Assembly: GCF_006345805.1 (NCBI RefSeq)
Contig: NC_043001.1
Span: forward strand, 85,870,001-85,934,000
Source of the DNA: Octopus sinensis
Taxonomy: Eukaryota
Length of the DNA: 64,000 nt
Reading direction: 5' to 3'
Numbering within the stretch: the first letter of the stretch is position 1; every line of letters starts with the position of its first letter. The notes beneath the pieces were generated by a model. The model made no database searches and had not been told where the DNA came from. It saw nothing but the letters and a program-made list of their open reading frames with translations. The translations under genes were made by a program, and so were the position numbers. Of the stretch, positions 1 through 10,688 are shown in pieces.

Positions 1-197
1 CAGAATAACATACCTGCATACGTATGCACAGAGATACAAATGTACTCACTCACTCTCTCCCTATCTATCTCTCTTTCACTCTCTCCCTCTCTCACACATA
101 CACACACATACAGACACACACATACATACGGATATACATGCATGAGCATAAAACAATGTATACAGATAGGTGTGCATCGCACACTATGTCAACTTAC

Positions 198-293
198 CGA
201 ATTCACGGGCTAAAAACCGTGCTATGGCCATACTTTGAGGCATTGTTAATCCAGTGTCAGTCTCTAATACTGGCAACATTGGCGATGATAGTT
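198..293 (-). CDS. S-crystallin / sigma-class GST, second coding exon (KLSSPMLPVLETDTGLTMPQSMAIARFLAREFG)
   Basis: 96-nt exon with ttccttcag acceptor and gtaag donor, phase 1 at both ends. It joins in frame to 6262-6394 (A|AA = Lys45). PQSMAIARFLAREFG is the typical cephalopod S-crystallin/GST-sigma motif. Confidence 0.93.
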
Positions 294-320
294 CTGAAGG
301 AAATAACAACAACAACAGCT

Positions 321-396
<76 letters not shown>

Positions 397-562
397 AAAG
401 AAGCAGGAGAAAAGAAGAAGAAGAAAGAAGAAGAAGAAGAAGAAGAAGAAGAAGAAGAAGAAGAAGAGAAGAAGAAGAAGAAGAAGAAGAAGAAGAAGAA
501 GAAGAAGAAGAAGAAGAAGAAGAAGAAGAAGAAGAAGAAGAAGAAAGAAAATAATAATAATA
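321..562. repeat. (AAT)n followed by (AGA)n microsatellite
   Basis: Directly visible trinucleotide runs. Confidence 0.95.
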
Positions 563-1057
563 AAGACATTGAAAGACTTCTGGCAAAAATCATTCATCCT
601 CATTGATAGGAATTTCCCAATCGACATATATGTATCTTTCAAGATCTACCAAAAACTGAGCAAGTATAAAGATCTTGAAATAGAAACTGGCAAAATGTGG
701 AACCTCAAGACTAAAACAATACTTGTCGTTATAGGTGCCCTAGGAATGATAGCAAAAGGGGCTGATTCCTACCTACCTCAGATATCAGGAAACCCCAAAA
801 TGGCAGAAAATCAAAAGATAGTGTTCATGGAAAATGCCCATATCCTACGTAAAATACTGTCTATGTAACCTCAAATTTTAAAACAAACCTACCATTTTCT
901 TGTTTACTTAAACATTCTCTATAACAAAACTATGTGCAAAACCAAATATATGACACCCTAGGCATAATACCAACTTGAACTTCTAACTTGTTGTCTCTTG
1001 AGGTCTCTGGGTGTGACTTAGAGTCAACTTGTACAAATACAAAGCAAAAGTCAAACA
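563..1057 (+). mobile_element. 5'-truncated non-LTR retrotransposon with restriction-like endonuclease C-terminus (R4/Dong-like)
   Basis: The ORF end SFILIDRNFPID...QKLSKYKDLEIETGKMWNLKTKTILVVIGALG...AHILRKILSM resembles the RLE domain (..LID...EK..KY.DL...W......VIGALG). It is followed by a 3' UTR and a (GAT)n/(AAT)n tail. Confidence 0.8.
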
Positions 1058-1099
1058 GATGATGATGATGATGATAATAATAATAATAATAATAATAAT

Positions 1100-1171
<72 letters not shown>

Positions 1172-1172
<1 letters not shown>

Positions 1173-1726
1173 TCCTTGATGCAGTACCAGGCAGTGGCTC
1201 TCATGGCTTCTGATCTTAACTGATTGGAAGTGTTATCATGTACATTGTTTTGTCTTGGTATAAAAGATGGGCTACAGCAAATATTCTGCTCAATACCACA
1301 GATTTGCTCGTCAGTTGTTTGACCTTAACCAGTTGACCAAGTCCCTTAGTGGCTGACGATATGTGCATCTCTGATCACGAGCAGAAGTAGTGGGGGAGCA
1401 TCATAGCCATGTGTTGAGAGGGATTCTTTGGGGTTTGAATAATTCACTTCTGGAAACATGGGTGGTTCTTTCAACATCCTTAAACAACCCTTATTCAGGT
1501 ACCTTTTGAGCGGGATGGGCTACTCAGCCTGAAGAAAATTCTAACTGGGCCCCACCTGCAAGGTCATGTGCTGTTTATCTTGATATGAGATCACCATGTC
1601 GCGCACATATGGTTGTGATGCATGTGCCTGGTGTACCTTTATCAGACGGGTAGTCATGATGGGTATATTGGGCTTCGTATATTTTACCCCAGTGTCACTT
1701 TGATGGCATGGGCTGCTCTCTCACTC
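1172..1726 (+). mobile_element. ~555-bp non-coding element flanked by (AAT)n, copy 1
   Basis: Near-identical copies at 1772-2265, 52316-52864, 53194-53352 and 53402-53957; no ORF. Confidence 0.85.
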
Positions 1727-1771
<45 letters not shown>

Positions 1772-1772
<1 letters not shown>

Positions 1773-2265
1773 CCCTGATGCAGTACCAGTCAGCGGCTCT
1801 CATGGCTACTGATTTTAATTGATTGGAAGTTTTATCATGTACATTGTTTTGTCTTGGTATAAAAGATGGGCTACAGCAAATATGCTGCTCAATACCACAG
1901 ATTTGCTTGTAAGTTTCCTGATCATGGCCAGTTGAGCATGTTCCTTTGTGGCTGACTATATGTGCATCTCTGATCACGAACAGATATTGTGGGGGAAGCA
2001 TCATAGCAAAGTGTTGAGAGGAATTCTTTGGGATATACGTAGATAATTCACATTTGGAAACATGGATCTTTTGTTCAACATCCTTAAACAACACATATTC
2101 AGGGACCATTCGAGCAGGTCATGTGCTGTTCATCTTGATATAGGATCATGGTTGCGATACATGTCTCTGGTGTACACTTATCAGAGGGGTAGTCATGATG
2201 GGTATAATGGGCTTCGTATCTTTCACCCCAGTGTCAGTTTGATGGCATACACTGCTCTTTCACTC
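1772..2265 (+). mobile_element. ~555-bp (AAT)n-flanked element, copy 2 (internal deletions)
   Basis: Tandem with copy 1, with the same 5' start (gccctgatgcagtacc) and 3' end (cactc-aataat). Confidence 0.85.
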
Positions 2266-2283
2266 AATAATAATAATAGTGAA

Positions 2284-2352
<69 letters not shown>

Positions 2353-2407
2353 AAGAAGAAGAAGAAGAAGAAGAACAACAACAACAACAACAACAACAAC
2401 AATAAAC

Positions 2408-2619
2408 TTTTCTACTAAAGGCACAAGGCCTGGAATTTGGGGGCAGGGGACTAGTCGATTACATTGACTCCAAGGTTTCACTGGTATTTAATTTATCGAT
2501 CCCGAAAGAATGAAAAGCAAACTCGACCTCGGCGGTATTTGTATTCAAAACATAAAGACCAACGAAATGCCGCTAAGCATTTTGCCCGGCGTGCTAACGA
2601 TTCTGCCAACTCGCCACCT
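2408..2619 (-). mobile_element. tRNA-derived SINE with MetaSINE-like core
   Basis: Reverse complement of the ggcgagctggcagaatcgttagc head and gcctttcatcctttcggggtcgataaa..agtacc core, seen in many copies in the window. Confidence 0.75.
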
Positions 2620-2653
2620 AACAATAATAAATATAATGATGATGATGATGATG

Positions 2654-2701
<48 letters not shown>

Positions 2702-2718
2702 TAATAATAATAATAATA

Positions 2719-2749
<31 letters not shown>

Positions 2750-3180
2750 TAATAATAATAATAATGATAATAATAATAATATCAATGATAATAATAATTT
2801 CATTTAGTTGGCATAAGGGCAAAAGTTGAGGGGGGCAATACAGAGACAGGCATAGAATGTGGGGTTTACATATAATGAAATGACAAAAAAGAAAATAAAA
2901 TCGTTTCAAATTTTGGGAGAAGGCCGTCAAGCACTAGGGTCGATTAGATCGACCCTAGTGCTTGACTGGTACTTATCTTATCTTACCTATCTCGAAAGGC
3001 TGAAAGCAAAGTCGATCTCAGCGAAAGTTGAACGAAAATACGAAAGAAATGCCTCTAAGCGCTTAACCCTGATTGTACCATCACGCTGCTTTTAAGAAGA
3101 ATATCGAGCATAGGCGGAAGGTCAAATACTTTGATTTATGTGTGTGTGTGTGTGTGCGTGTGTCTGACAGTTGGCCTTGT

Positions 3181-3211
<31 letters not shown>

Positions 3212-3526
3212 CATGCACACACACACATGTATATATATATATACACGCATACACACAAACAGAGAAAAACTCAAACGCATATATCTATGTGTGTGCGCGC
3301 GCGTTTTTTTTGTGTGTGTGTGTGTGTGTGTAATCGATTAAATTAACCGCAGTATAAATCAGTGGTATTCTTGTATATACCCTTCATTAATTACAAAAAA
3401 TTTCAACCACTGCAATTTTTTTTTTTTTTTTGATACAGTAAAACAAAAGAAAAAAATCATTACTATAAATGTTTTTAAAGCATTAGTGATTTGGAAAATT
3501 CGCTAACACAGCTGCTGCTGCTACTA

Positions 3527-3568
<42 letters not shown>

Positions 3569-4369
3569 AGATGATGATGATGATGATGACGACCACGACA
3601 ATGATCATGATGACGATGCTGATGATTTCTATTTTCTGGGGAGGATGGTTAACGCCCATAATTTTTGCATGCCTTTCCAATCAAGTGAAGACGATAAGGT
3701 TGGTGCCCGATATCTCGACACCGACAAGTAATAGAAGGCAAAATACTCTAAAACTTAAAATATCATCTTTATATATAAACAAAAAGACAGTAAACAACCA
3801 GAGAATCAGTGGTGTACTGCACATTGTAATCATGCACAACAAATAGAAATTTGGTTTGTCAAAGCATGAGCGCTTTAAGGTCATAAAACCGTTCGTTTAT
3901 GATTGATCTGGAGTTACAGAACAACGACGGTGTACAAACAATACATTATATCCATCATAGACTATTCCAATCTTCCTTTGGCACTTAATCATTCTCTCGA
4001 GTACAAACCACAATAAGCCACAAATCATGCAGAACAATGAACTGTACATTAGCAGAGTATGAGCGAAGACCACGCCCACTGATATTGTACACTAAGAAAC
4101 AAAAATACGATAAATACAAGTTCAACCCATACCAGCATGTAAAACAGACCTTTAAACCTTTAGTATTCAGATTTCTTTATCAAATGTAATGCTCGTTTAT
4201 TCACATTATTTTGAATTATTCATCAATTGTCTTGTAACTTAGATTTCAAACATATGATTGTACATTTTTAGACTAACATTGTAGGGTAGGTGTGAGATGC
4301 CAGGTCTTGTCTGGCTAGTTTGAACATAAAACAGGTAGAATATTTGGGCCGGATATGATCGGTTTAAAT

Positions 4370-4637
4370 AATGTAATAATAAATAAGTGCGCCCTTTTAA
4401 AGCCTAGCCATGCTCATGGGCTCGGTTTCCCGGTTTCAATGGCGTATGTGTTCCCTAGCTGGACGGGACGCCAGTCCATCGCAGCGTTACTCATTTTTGC
4501 CAGCTGAGTGGACTGGAGCAACGTAAATGAAGTGTTTTTGCTCAAGAACACAACGCGTCGCCCGATCCAGGAATCGAAACCACAATCCTACGATCATGAT
4601 GCTGACACCATAACCACTAAGCCACGCACCTCCACAT
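4370..4637 (-). mobile_element. tRNA-derived SINE (V-SINE-like core) with 12-bp TSD
   Basis: A/B-box head gtgcgtggcttagtggtt...gtttcgattcctgga and gcgatggactggcgtcccgtccag motif on the minus strand. TSD atcggtttaaat at 4358-4369 and 4638-4649. Confidence 0.8.
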
Positions 4638-4689
4638 ATCGGTTTAAATGCTAAACGGCGATGATGATGATGAAATCACTCGATCATGT

Positions 4690-4965
4690 GATTAGAAGGT
4701 TGTGGGAGAGAATTGCACGACAATTCTTGAAACTGAGCCGACCAGCTGGAGACCTAAGTGTAAACTTAAGAATAAAATGGTTGGATAATATCCATAATTT
4801 CAATTAATTGCGCTCAGGAATCCATCCGGAAAATGCAACGCCTGTTGCTTCTGATATGACCCTTGGTAGATGAGGTACAAGAGGTGTCTAACCACCACCA
4901 CCACCATCTAGCACGATCCACCCATGAATAGAGGGCGGCGAGGATTCATGGATAGATGGATCGTT
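4690..4965 (+). mobile_element. Degenerate RTE-type LINE 3' end
   Basis: RIKWLDNIHN...GIHPEN...VASD resembles RTE C-termini; ends in a ggat-like tail. Confidence 0.4.
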
Positions 4966-5639
4966 GATCATGCGAGATGCACAAGTTGTTACATCAAACT
5001 TCAACATCTACAGTACCTCTACAACGTAAAATAAGACTTCCAAACACTTAGGTACATACACATCACACAGGAACTGCTAGAAGGGCCTCCTAAAAAAATG
5101 TATTTCAACCACTCAATGAAATCAATCAGAAACTCATATTGCAATTGGTATGGGTTCACTAAACTCCAGCACCCTACTGGTTTGCACATTAGTACCAATG
5201 AGTGCAGAGGAGCAGAAGTTGATGCGCCCTTACCAAGTCCACCTTGTTGCTGGCGTACAGAAATATACAGCACAACGGAAATAATATAACACGTTGAACT
5301 GCTACATTTCATTCAATACGATAAATCGCGGCATGTCGGCAAGTGAATTATCACTTCAGATAATCCGGATAATCACAGCCGGACCACTGGTGTGGCGTGT
5401 GGTGTGTCGAATGTTCGGACAGCACGGGGTCGGCATATTATATACATGGGATTGCTTTAGCCGAAGGTATGTTACTTATTTCACACGATGCCACTGAGCT
5501 AAATGGAGGCATGGACACAGTACAACCGGTAAACTTAAAATCTGTGTTTGAGCTTTCGAGTTCCGATCCGGGCTGAACATGATTCACCCAAAAACAACAT
5601 TAGCAACTATTCTTTGGGCTCTACTGAAATGACAACAGG

Positions 5640-5893
5640 TGGTTAAAAAGTTCACTTCGCAACCACTTGATATCTGGTTCAGACCCACAGCGCAGTATCT
5701 ACTACAACACCCCTGAACTGACTAATGTCGTGTAAATGAATTTATTGGCGGAAACTGTATGGAAGCCCTCGAATAGATAGATAGATAGATAGATAGATAG
5801 GTTGGTAGATAGATAGATAGATATATAGATAGATACATACATACATACATATATTAGATAGATTGATGAGACAGATAGATTAGATAGATAGAT

Positions 5894-5948
<55 letters not shown>

Positions 5949-5955
5949 TACAGAC

Positions 5956-6007
<52 letters not shown>

Positions 6008-6200
6008 GTGCCTTCGTCTTCTCTTGATAACCGGTGCTGGTTTGTTTACGTCAACACCGGTAGTTAAACGATTCAGCAAAATGATAACGATAGAATATGT
6101 ACCAGACTTTAAAAACACAAAAAGAGTACCGGCGAATGCAATTTATTCGGATAATCTCTTCAAGACTCAGTCCAACGACTGAAACAAGTACAAAATACAA
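5640..6200 (+). mobile_element. Degenerate bipartite SINE with central (AGAT)n
   Basis: ggcggaaactg...gaagccc, then (AGAT)n, then ttgataaccggtgctggtttgtttacgtc and a gactgaaacaagta tail, as in the intact copy at 14800-15250. Confidence 0.6.
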
Positions 6201-6261
6201 AATAAGGCTAACAATAAAAGGATGATAGAATAAAAGAATAACAGAATAAAAGAATACTCAC

Positions 6262-6394
6262 TGGTCATAAATCGGTTCCATTCCGAATATTCAACTCGAA
6301 CATCAGTAAATTGAACATCGGCTAAAACAAACAGCATACGGCAAACTTCAGCACGGCCGCGCCCATTGAAATAATACAGGGTGTACCTGGTCAT
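6262..6394 (-). CDS. S-crystallin / sigma-class GST, first coding exon ([44 protein letters not shown])
   Basis: ATG at 6394; 133 coding nt end at a gtgagt donor (6256-6261); acceptor ttttcctctag gives exon start 6414. [13 protein letters not shown] is the S-crystallin N-terminal signature, and the catalytic Tyr-equivalent (Y8) is retained. Confidence 0.95.
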
Positions 6395-6515
6395 TTTAGA
6401 GTAAATAAGCTGAACTAGAGGAAAATGTTAGTAAGTTTTACGTAAACGTTCCCTGGACAATTGACTGCCTGACCTCTTGCTGCTGTCAATATATATATAC
6501 ACCATTACCACATAC

Positions 6516-6570
6516 CTTTCGGTCATTGTTTAGTTTAATTTTTTTACTTAACTGCTACAATCCATTATCT
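6516..6570 (-). other. Probable non-coding exon 1 of the S-crystallin/GST gene (5' end approximate)
   Basis: AAG|gtatgt donor at 6516/6515; 101-nt intron (6415-6515) with an exact TACTAAC branch site (6427-6433) and pyrimidine tract. The 5' boundary is only guessed from an AATAAAAA TATA-like run at 6591-6598. Confidence 0.6.
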
Positions 6571-7070
6571 TTTTTTTTTTTTTGATGTTATTTTTATTGA
6601 GGGTTGACCGTCTGCTGTCATGAGGCTTGTTTCTGACAGCCTACTATATTTTTTACTACTTTTATTGCATCTCCTCCCCCTCCTCTCCTTCCCTCTTCTT
6701 CTTCTCCCCCTCCTCTTCTTCTCCTCCCCTTACTTTTCTTCTTCTCCCCTTACTTTTCTTCTTCTCACTCGCCTCTTCTTCTCCACACTTTCTTTCTCTT
6801 ATTCTCCTTTTTATTCTACTACTTCTACAAGTACTACTACTACTACTACTTTTTATACTCTTCTCTCATTCTTCTTTTCCTTTTCTTTTTCTCCTCCTCA
6901 TTCTGGTTCTTCTCTTCCCTCTTCTTTTACCTTCCATTCTTCGTCTTCGTCATTGAAGTCGTCTCCGTCTCATCTGCCACTATTCACCCCAGCAAAACTG
7001 ACCGTCCACAAGAGGCAGGTAAAAGGAGGTTAATTAAGAGTTGCTAAATTTACAGATTGTTCGGTCAATA
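6571..7070 (-). promoter_or_regulatory. Putative proximal promoter of the S-crystallin/GST gene
   Basis: Position upstream of the inferred exon 1, a non-canonical TATA-like AATAAAAA, repeated TGACAG and TGACC(G/T) motifs, and a pyrimidine-rich tract at ~6650-6970. Confidence 0.3.
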
Positions 7071-7680
7071 ATTACCTTTATAAACATAAGAAACACACAT
7101 ACATTCATACAGGTATATTTCTGCTGTATGCTCTACTCTGTGTGTGTACGTATATACGTGTACGCGAGCAGACGCATGTATGTGTACGTTTTTAAGTATG
7201 CACGACATGGTATGGAGTAAAACGGTAAATGTGAGCATTCAAAAAGCTGAAGGAATGTTTTGCTCGCCACACACACACAAACACTCTTGTCACACACTTT
7301 CAAAACCACAAAGGGAGATAGTCACATAAACATATACACACAGATATTAGGTATGATAAGTACATGTAGCCAACTTTAACAAGACTACTAAATTACGTTA
7401 ATGCCTTGATGTGGTTAAACGATTGACATAACGCTTGTGTGTGTCATCTAACAAAGATAGGCAGGAGATGTTCACTTTGAAGATAATGCTTATTATACCT
7501 ATTACATATAAATTAACTCCAGCATTCGCAAATAAATACATAACAACATACGTGCTACAGACTTACACAGATCTGTGCTCACGCATACATTCATGCTTAC
7601 ACACATACACATAGAGGAAAAAAGAGACAGATAGACAGACAGTGACAGAGAAACACATGCATACGCATACGTATTAGTTA

Positions 7681-7884
7681 AAAATTTTGGCACAAGGCCA
7701 GTAATTTCGAGAGAAGGGGTAAGTCAATTACATCGACGCCACTGATCAAATGGTTTTTATTTTATCCACCCCAGAAAGGATAAACGGTAAAGCCGACCTC
7801 GGTGGAATTTGAACTCAGAACCTAAAGACGAACGAAATGCCGCTAAGCATTTCGACTAGCGTGCTATCGATTCTGCCAGCTTGC
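7681..7884 (-). mobile_element. MetaSINE-like SINE
   Basis: Same head and core as 2408-2619. Confidence 0.7.
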
Positions 7885-8315
7885 AGTCATACGATTAATC
7901 ATACATATTACATCCAGATGCACGCATTTATACATAAACATGCGGCAGTATGCATGTATGTCTTTAACTCTTAAACTGCTTATATATTTTAAGCCTCATT
8001 CAAAGCTATCGGTATCTCTTTACCGTACTGCTACGTTACGGGGGACGTAAAAATACTAACACCGGTTGTCAAGCGGTGGCGGAGAATAAACAGAAACAGA
8101 TACACACAGATATACGTAGCACGGATTTTTGTCAGTGAACAGGTCGCGGCCTTAAAGCAACGAAAATATTTTGACAAATTAAACTTAAATGTTGAAGTGA
8201 ATTGAACGGCCTTTGTGTGTTTCTTAAATGGCTTACACACACCTTCCACGCTGCAATTGTTTTCGTTTCAGCACACGATCTCAGATAAAATCACTTGCTA
8301 TGCAAGTACATCTCC

Positions 8316-8370
<55 letters not shown>

Positions 8371-8559
8371 CACACACACACACGTGCACACACTCACACA
8401 AACACACATACATACAACCGAATCTTGTACCCTGATACAAAGCACATCCAACTTGGCGCATCCCATATCTGATTCTTACATGCTATCTCGAACATAAAAC
8501 CTAGTGACCATATTTGTAACAGAGAAATGATAACATAATTCAACATATCAGGTATTGAA

Positions 8560-8735
8560 CCCGTCCCCATCATATTACATCTGAGATGGTCAGCTCATCT
8601 TTCACGTATGAGAGACATCAGGATTCCGAAGCAATTTCTCTTTGGCTAATTCCCAAAAGGAAGGTTAGTTGGAAGGCCACTCCTGCGCTTCGAAGACCAT
8701 CTAAAAGACAATCTGAAGCGATGCAACATTTTCTT
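8560..8735 (+). mobile_element. RTE LINE fragment
   Basis: MRDIRIPKQFLFG*FPKGRLVGRPLLRFEDHLKDNLKRCNI matches the RTE C-terminal PKQ..YG.L..G.R..GRP..R..D..K motif. Confidence 0.65.
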
Positions 8736-9341
8736 TTCATCCTGGGAGTTTTTGTTTCTCTGGTAGAAATCAGATCCCTCCTTGTAAGAAAAATACATAC
8801 ACGCTTACATACATAAAGTGCATATATATACTCACACCTATATACATATGCTCAAACATACATGAAAAGATACATACAAAAATACATACATACATACATA
8901 CATACATACATACATACATACATACATACATACATACATACACTCAGTGACGTGTTTTTGGTGAGTGAAACAATTTTTTCGTTAGTACTATTTTCAACAT
9001 TTATGACACAGCTATCAGCCTTGTCAAACAGTGTTTTTTTCCTCTCTGACTCACCCACTGACAAAACCTTTTATTAAAGGTTATCATAACATTTAACGTT
9101 TAGCCTTATTAGATTTCACCCTCGATTCTCTATGCAGAATAATCGCTTCAGACAACATGACTGCAAACTACGAGAACATCAACGCCACCGGACGAATCAA
9201 GGGAAAAGAAGACGAAAAAAAATCAACAGAATCATTGCATTTGTAAACATAGAAGAAATCATAATTATAAGATATATCTATAGGAGTTATTTACCCATTA
9301 AAGATTAATGTATGTGTATATATATATATATATAATCTTAA

Positions 9342-9566
9342 GGAAAGACCCTTTTCTTTTGGAGACTTTGCTGATGAAACAAGCCAATCGTAAACGGATT
9401 TAATTTAATTTAATTAAGTTCGATTGCGTAAAAATTGTTGTAACCTGGCAGGGTACAAAGTTGAAAAGGATAAATGTTTTTATTTCTCCTTTAGCTTTCA
9501 GAATTACTGCGGTTTGAGTTTGGCTGCTCTTTTCAAGTGAGTTGAACGACCTGTAAGGGTCTTTCC
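9342..9566. mobile_element. MITE with 12-bp TIRs flanked by TTAA
   Basis: ggaaagaccctt (9342-9353) and aagggtctttcc (9555-9566), with TTAA at 9338-9341 and 9567-9570. Confidence 0.65.
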
Positions 9567-9738
9567 TTAATATTTTGTTGAATATATTATATAGTCTGTG
9601 ACTATTTCTATTTTCTCACTTGACCGCTGGTTGCAGAAAATTTTTCTTGAATTTTTTCTTGAATTTTTTTGCTACCCTATATTGATATATATATATATAT
9701 ATATATATATCTATATATATATATATATATATATATAT

Positions 9739-9784
<46 letters not shown>

Positions 9785-9879
9785 GGGTATTACTATACAT
9801 AAATGTCTCACGCTAGGAGGGACTCTGAAAGTCAAAACTACCATAAGTAAATAAACTCATTGTACCGAACGCGAGGGAA

Positions 9880-10200
9880 TGCAACTCTCGGAGCGAGCAT
9901 TTTAAAACCAGATTCACCTGCATATCATGATTTCAAATAATTATCTCTGTAAGTCTATTACATATTTCTGAAATGGGCGGACGTTGTCTCACAAGCAGTT
10001 ATACAGGCAAAAGTGTTATTAAATATGGTCGGATTGAGCTGAAAATATGCACACCTATGTTCAAAGTGCTAGCGAGTTTGCATGGCAACTTCGAGTTTGC
10101 TCAATTGAAAGGCATAGCCTCTAGGGCAAAATCCCTCGTCTTTTAATATGTGGCTCCCGTAGACTCGAATGAACTCGGGTTATAATACCGAAACAAGTAA
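9880..10200 (+). mobile_element. Highly degenerate Penelope-like GIY-YIG remnant
   Basis: Short frame-broken motifs FKTRF, GGRCLT/AVIQAKV and SEFAWQL. Confidence 0.35.
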
Positions 10201-10251
10201 AAATATAATAAACTATTTTAATCTCGAACAAGGTCGGGTATATCAGTCTAA

Positions 10252-10688
10252 TCTATAATATGAAGAAGGCGAACGTTGATACAAATTGGATTTTTATGTA
10301 GAAAGGGGTCTAAATGAGGCTGGAAGGGGATTAAAATTTACAGGAGAGGGTAACTTGAGGTGAGAAATTGATTGAGAGACGTTTTGGGGCACTACAGTGG
10401 TTGCTTTGGTGTGTAAACGGGGATTTTATTGATTTTGGGGGACACTTGGGGGTCTAGATTGGACATCTTTGGTTCGATTTCAATAAAATTTTCAACATGG
10501 TAAAGTGGAAGCGGATATGTAATTTAAGCGCGGAAATCTAATTTTTTTTTTTTTAATGGGAGAGAGATAGATAAAGATAGAGATTAAGAGAAAGCGAGGG
10601 AGAATGTGGCGATAAGAAACAGAAAGGAATCAACAGAATGTAACAACCACACCGTCACCCGCGCGTAGAGCAGGTCACCTTAAACTAG
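10252..10688 (+). mobile_element. Probable non-autonomous Helitron
   Basis: 5' TC (tctataatatgaag), subterminal GC hairpin acccgc-gcgtaga-gcaggt, 3' CTAG, inserted between A(10251) and T(10689) with no TSD. Confidence 0.5.

Noticed and set aside
1172-2265. Tandem repeat-spacer appearance suggesting a CRISPR-like array
   Set aside because: These are eukaryotic ~555-bp retroelement copies separated by microsatellite, with no short repeats or unique spacers.
4912-4966. Hairpin cacgatcca..catgaat/attcatg..tggatcgt as a possible pre-miRNA
   Set aside because: The stem is short and bulged, and it lies in an RTE-like 3' tail.
5294-5470. Exon-like unique sequence ending in AG|gtatgt on the + strand
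   Set aside because: The peptide is unrecognisable, there are no partner exons, and it is antisense inside the crystallin intron.
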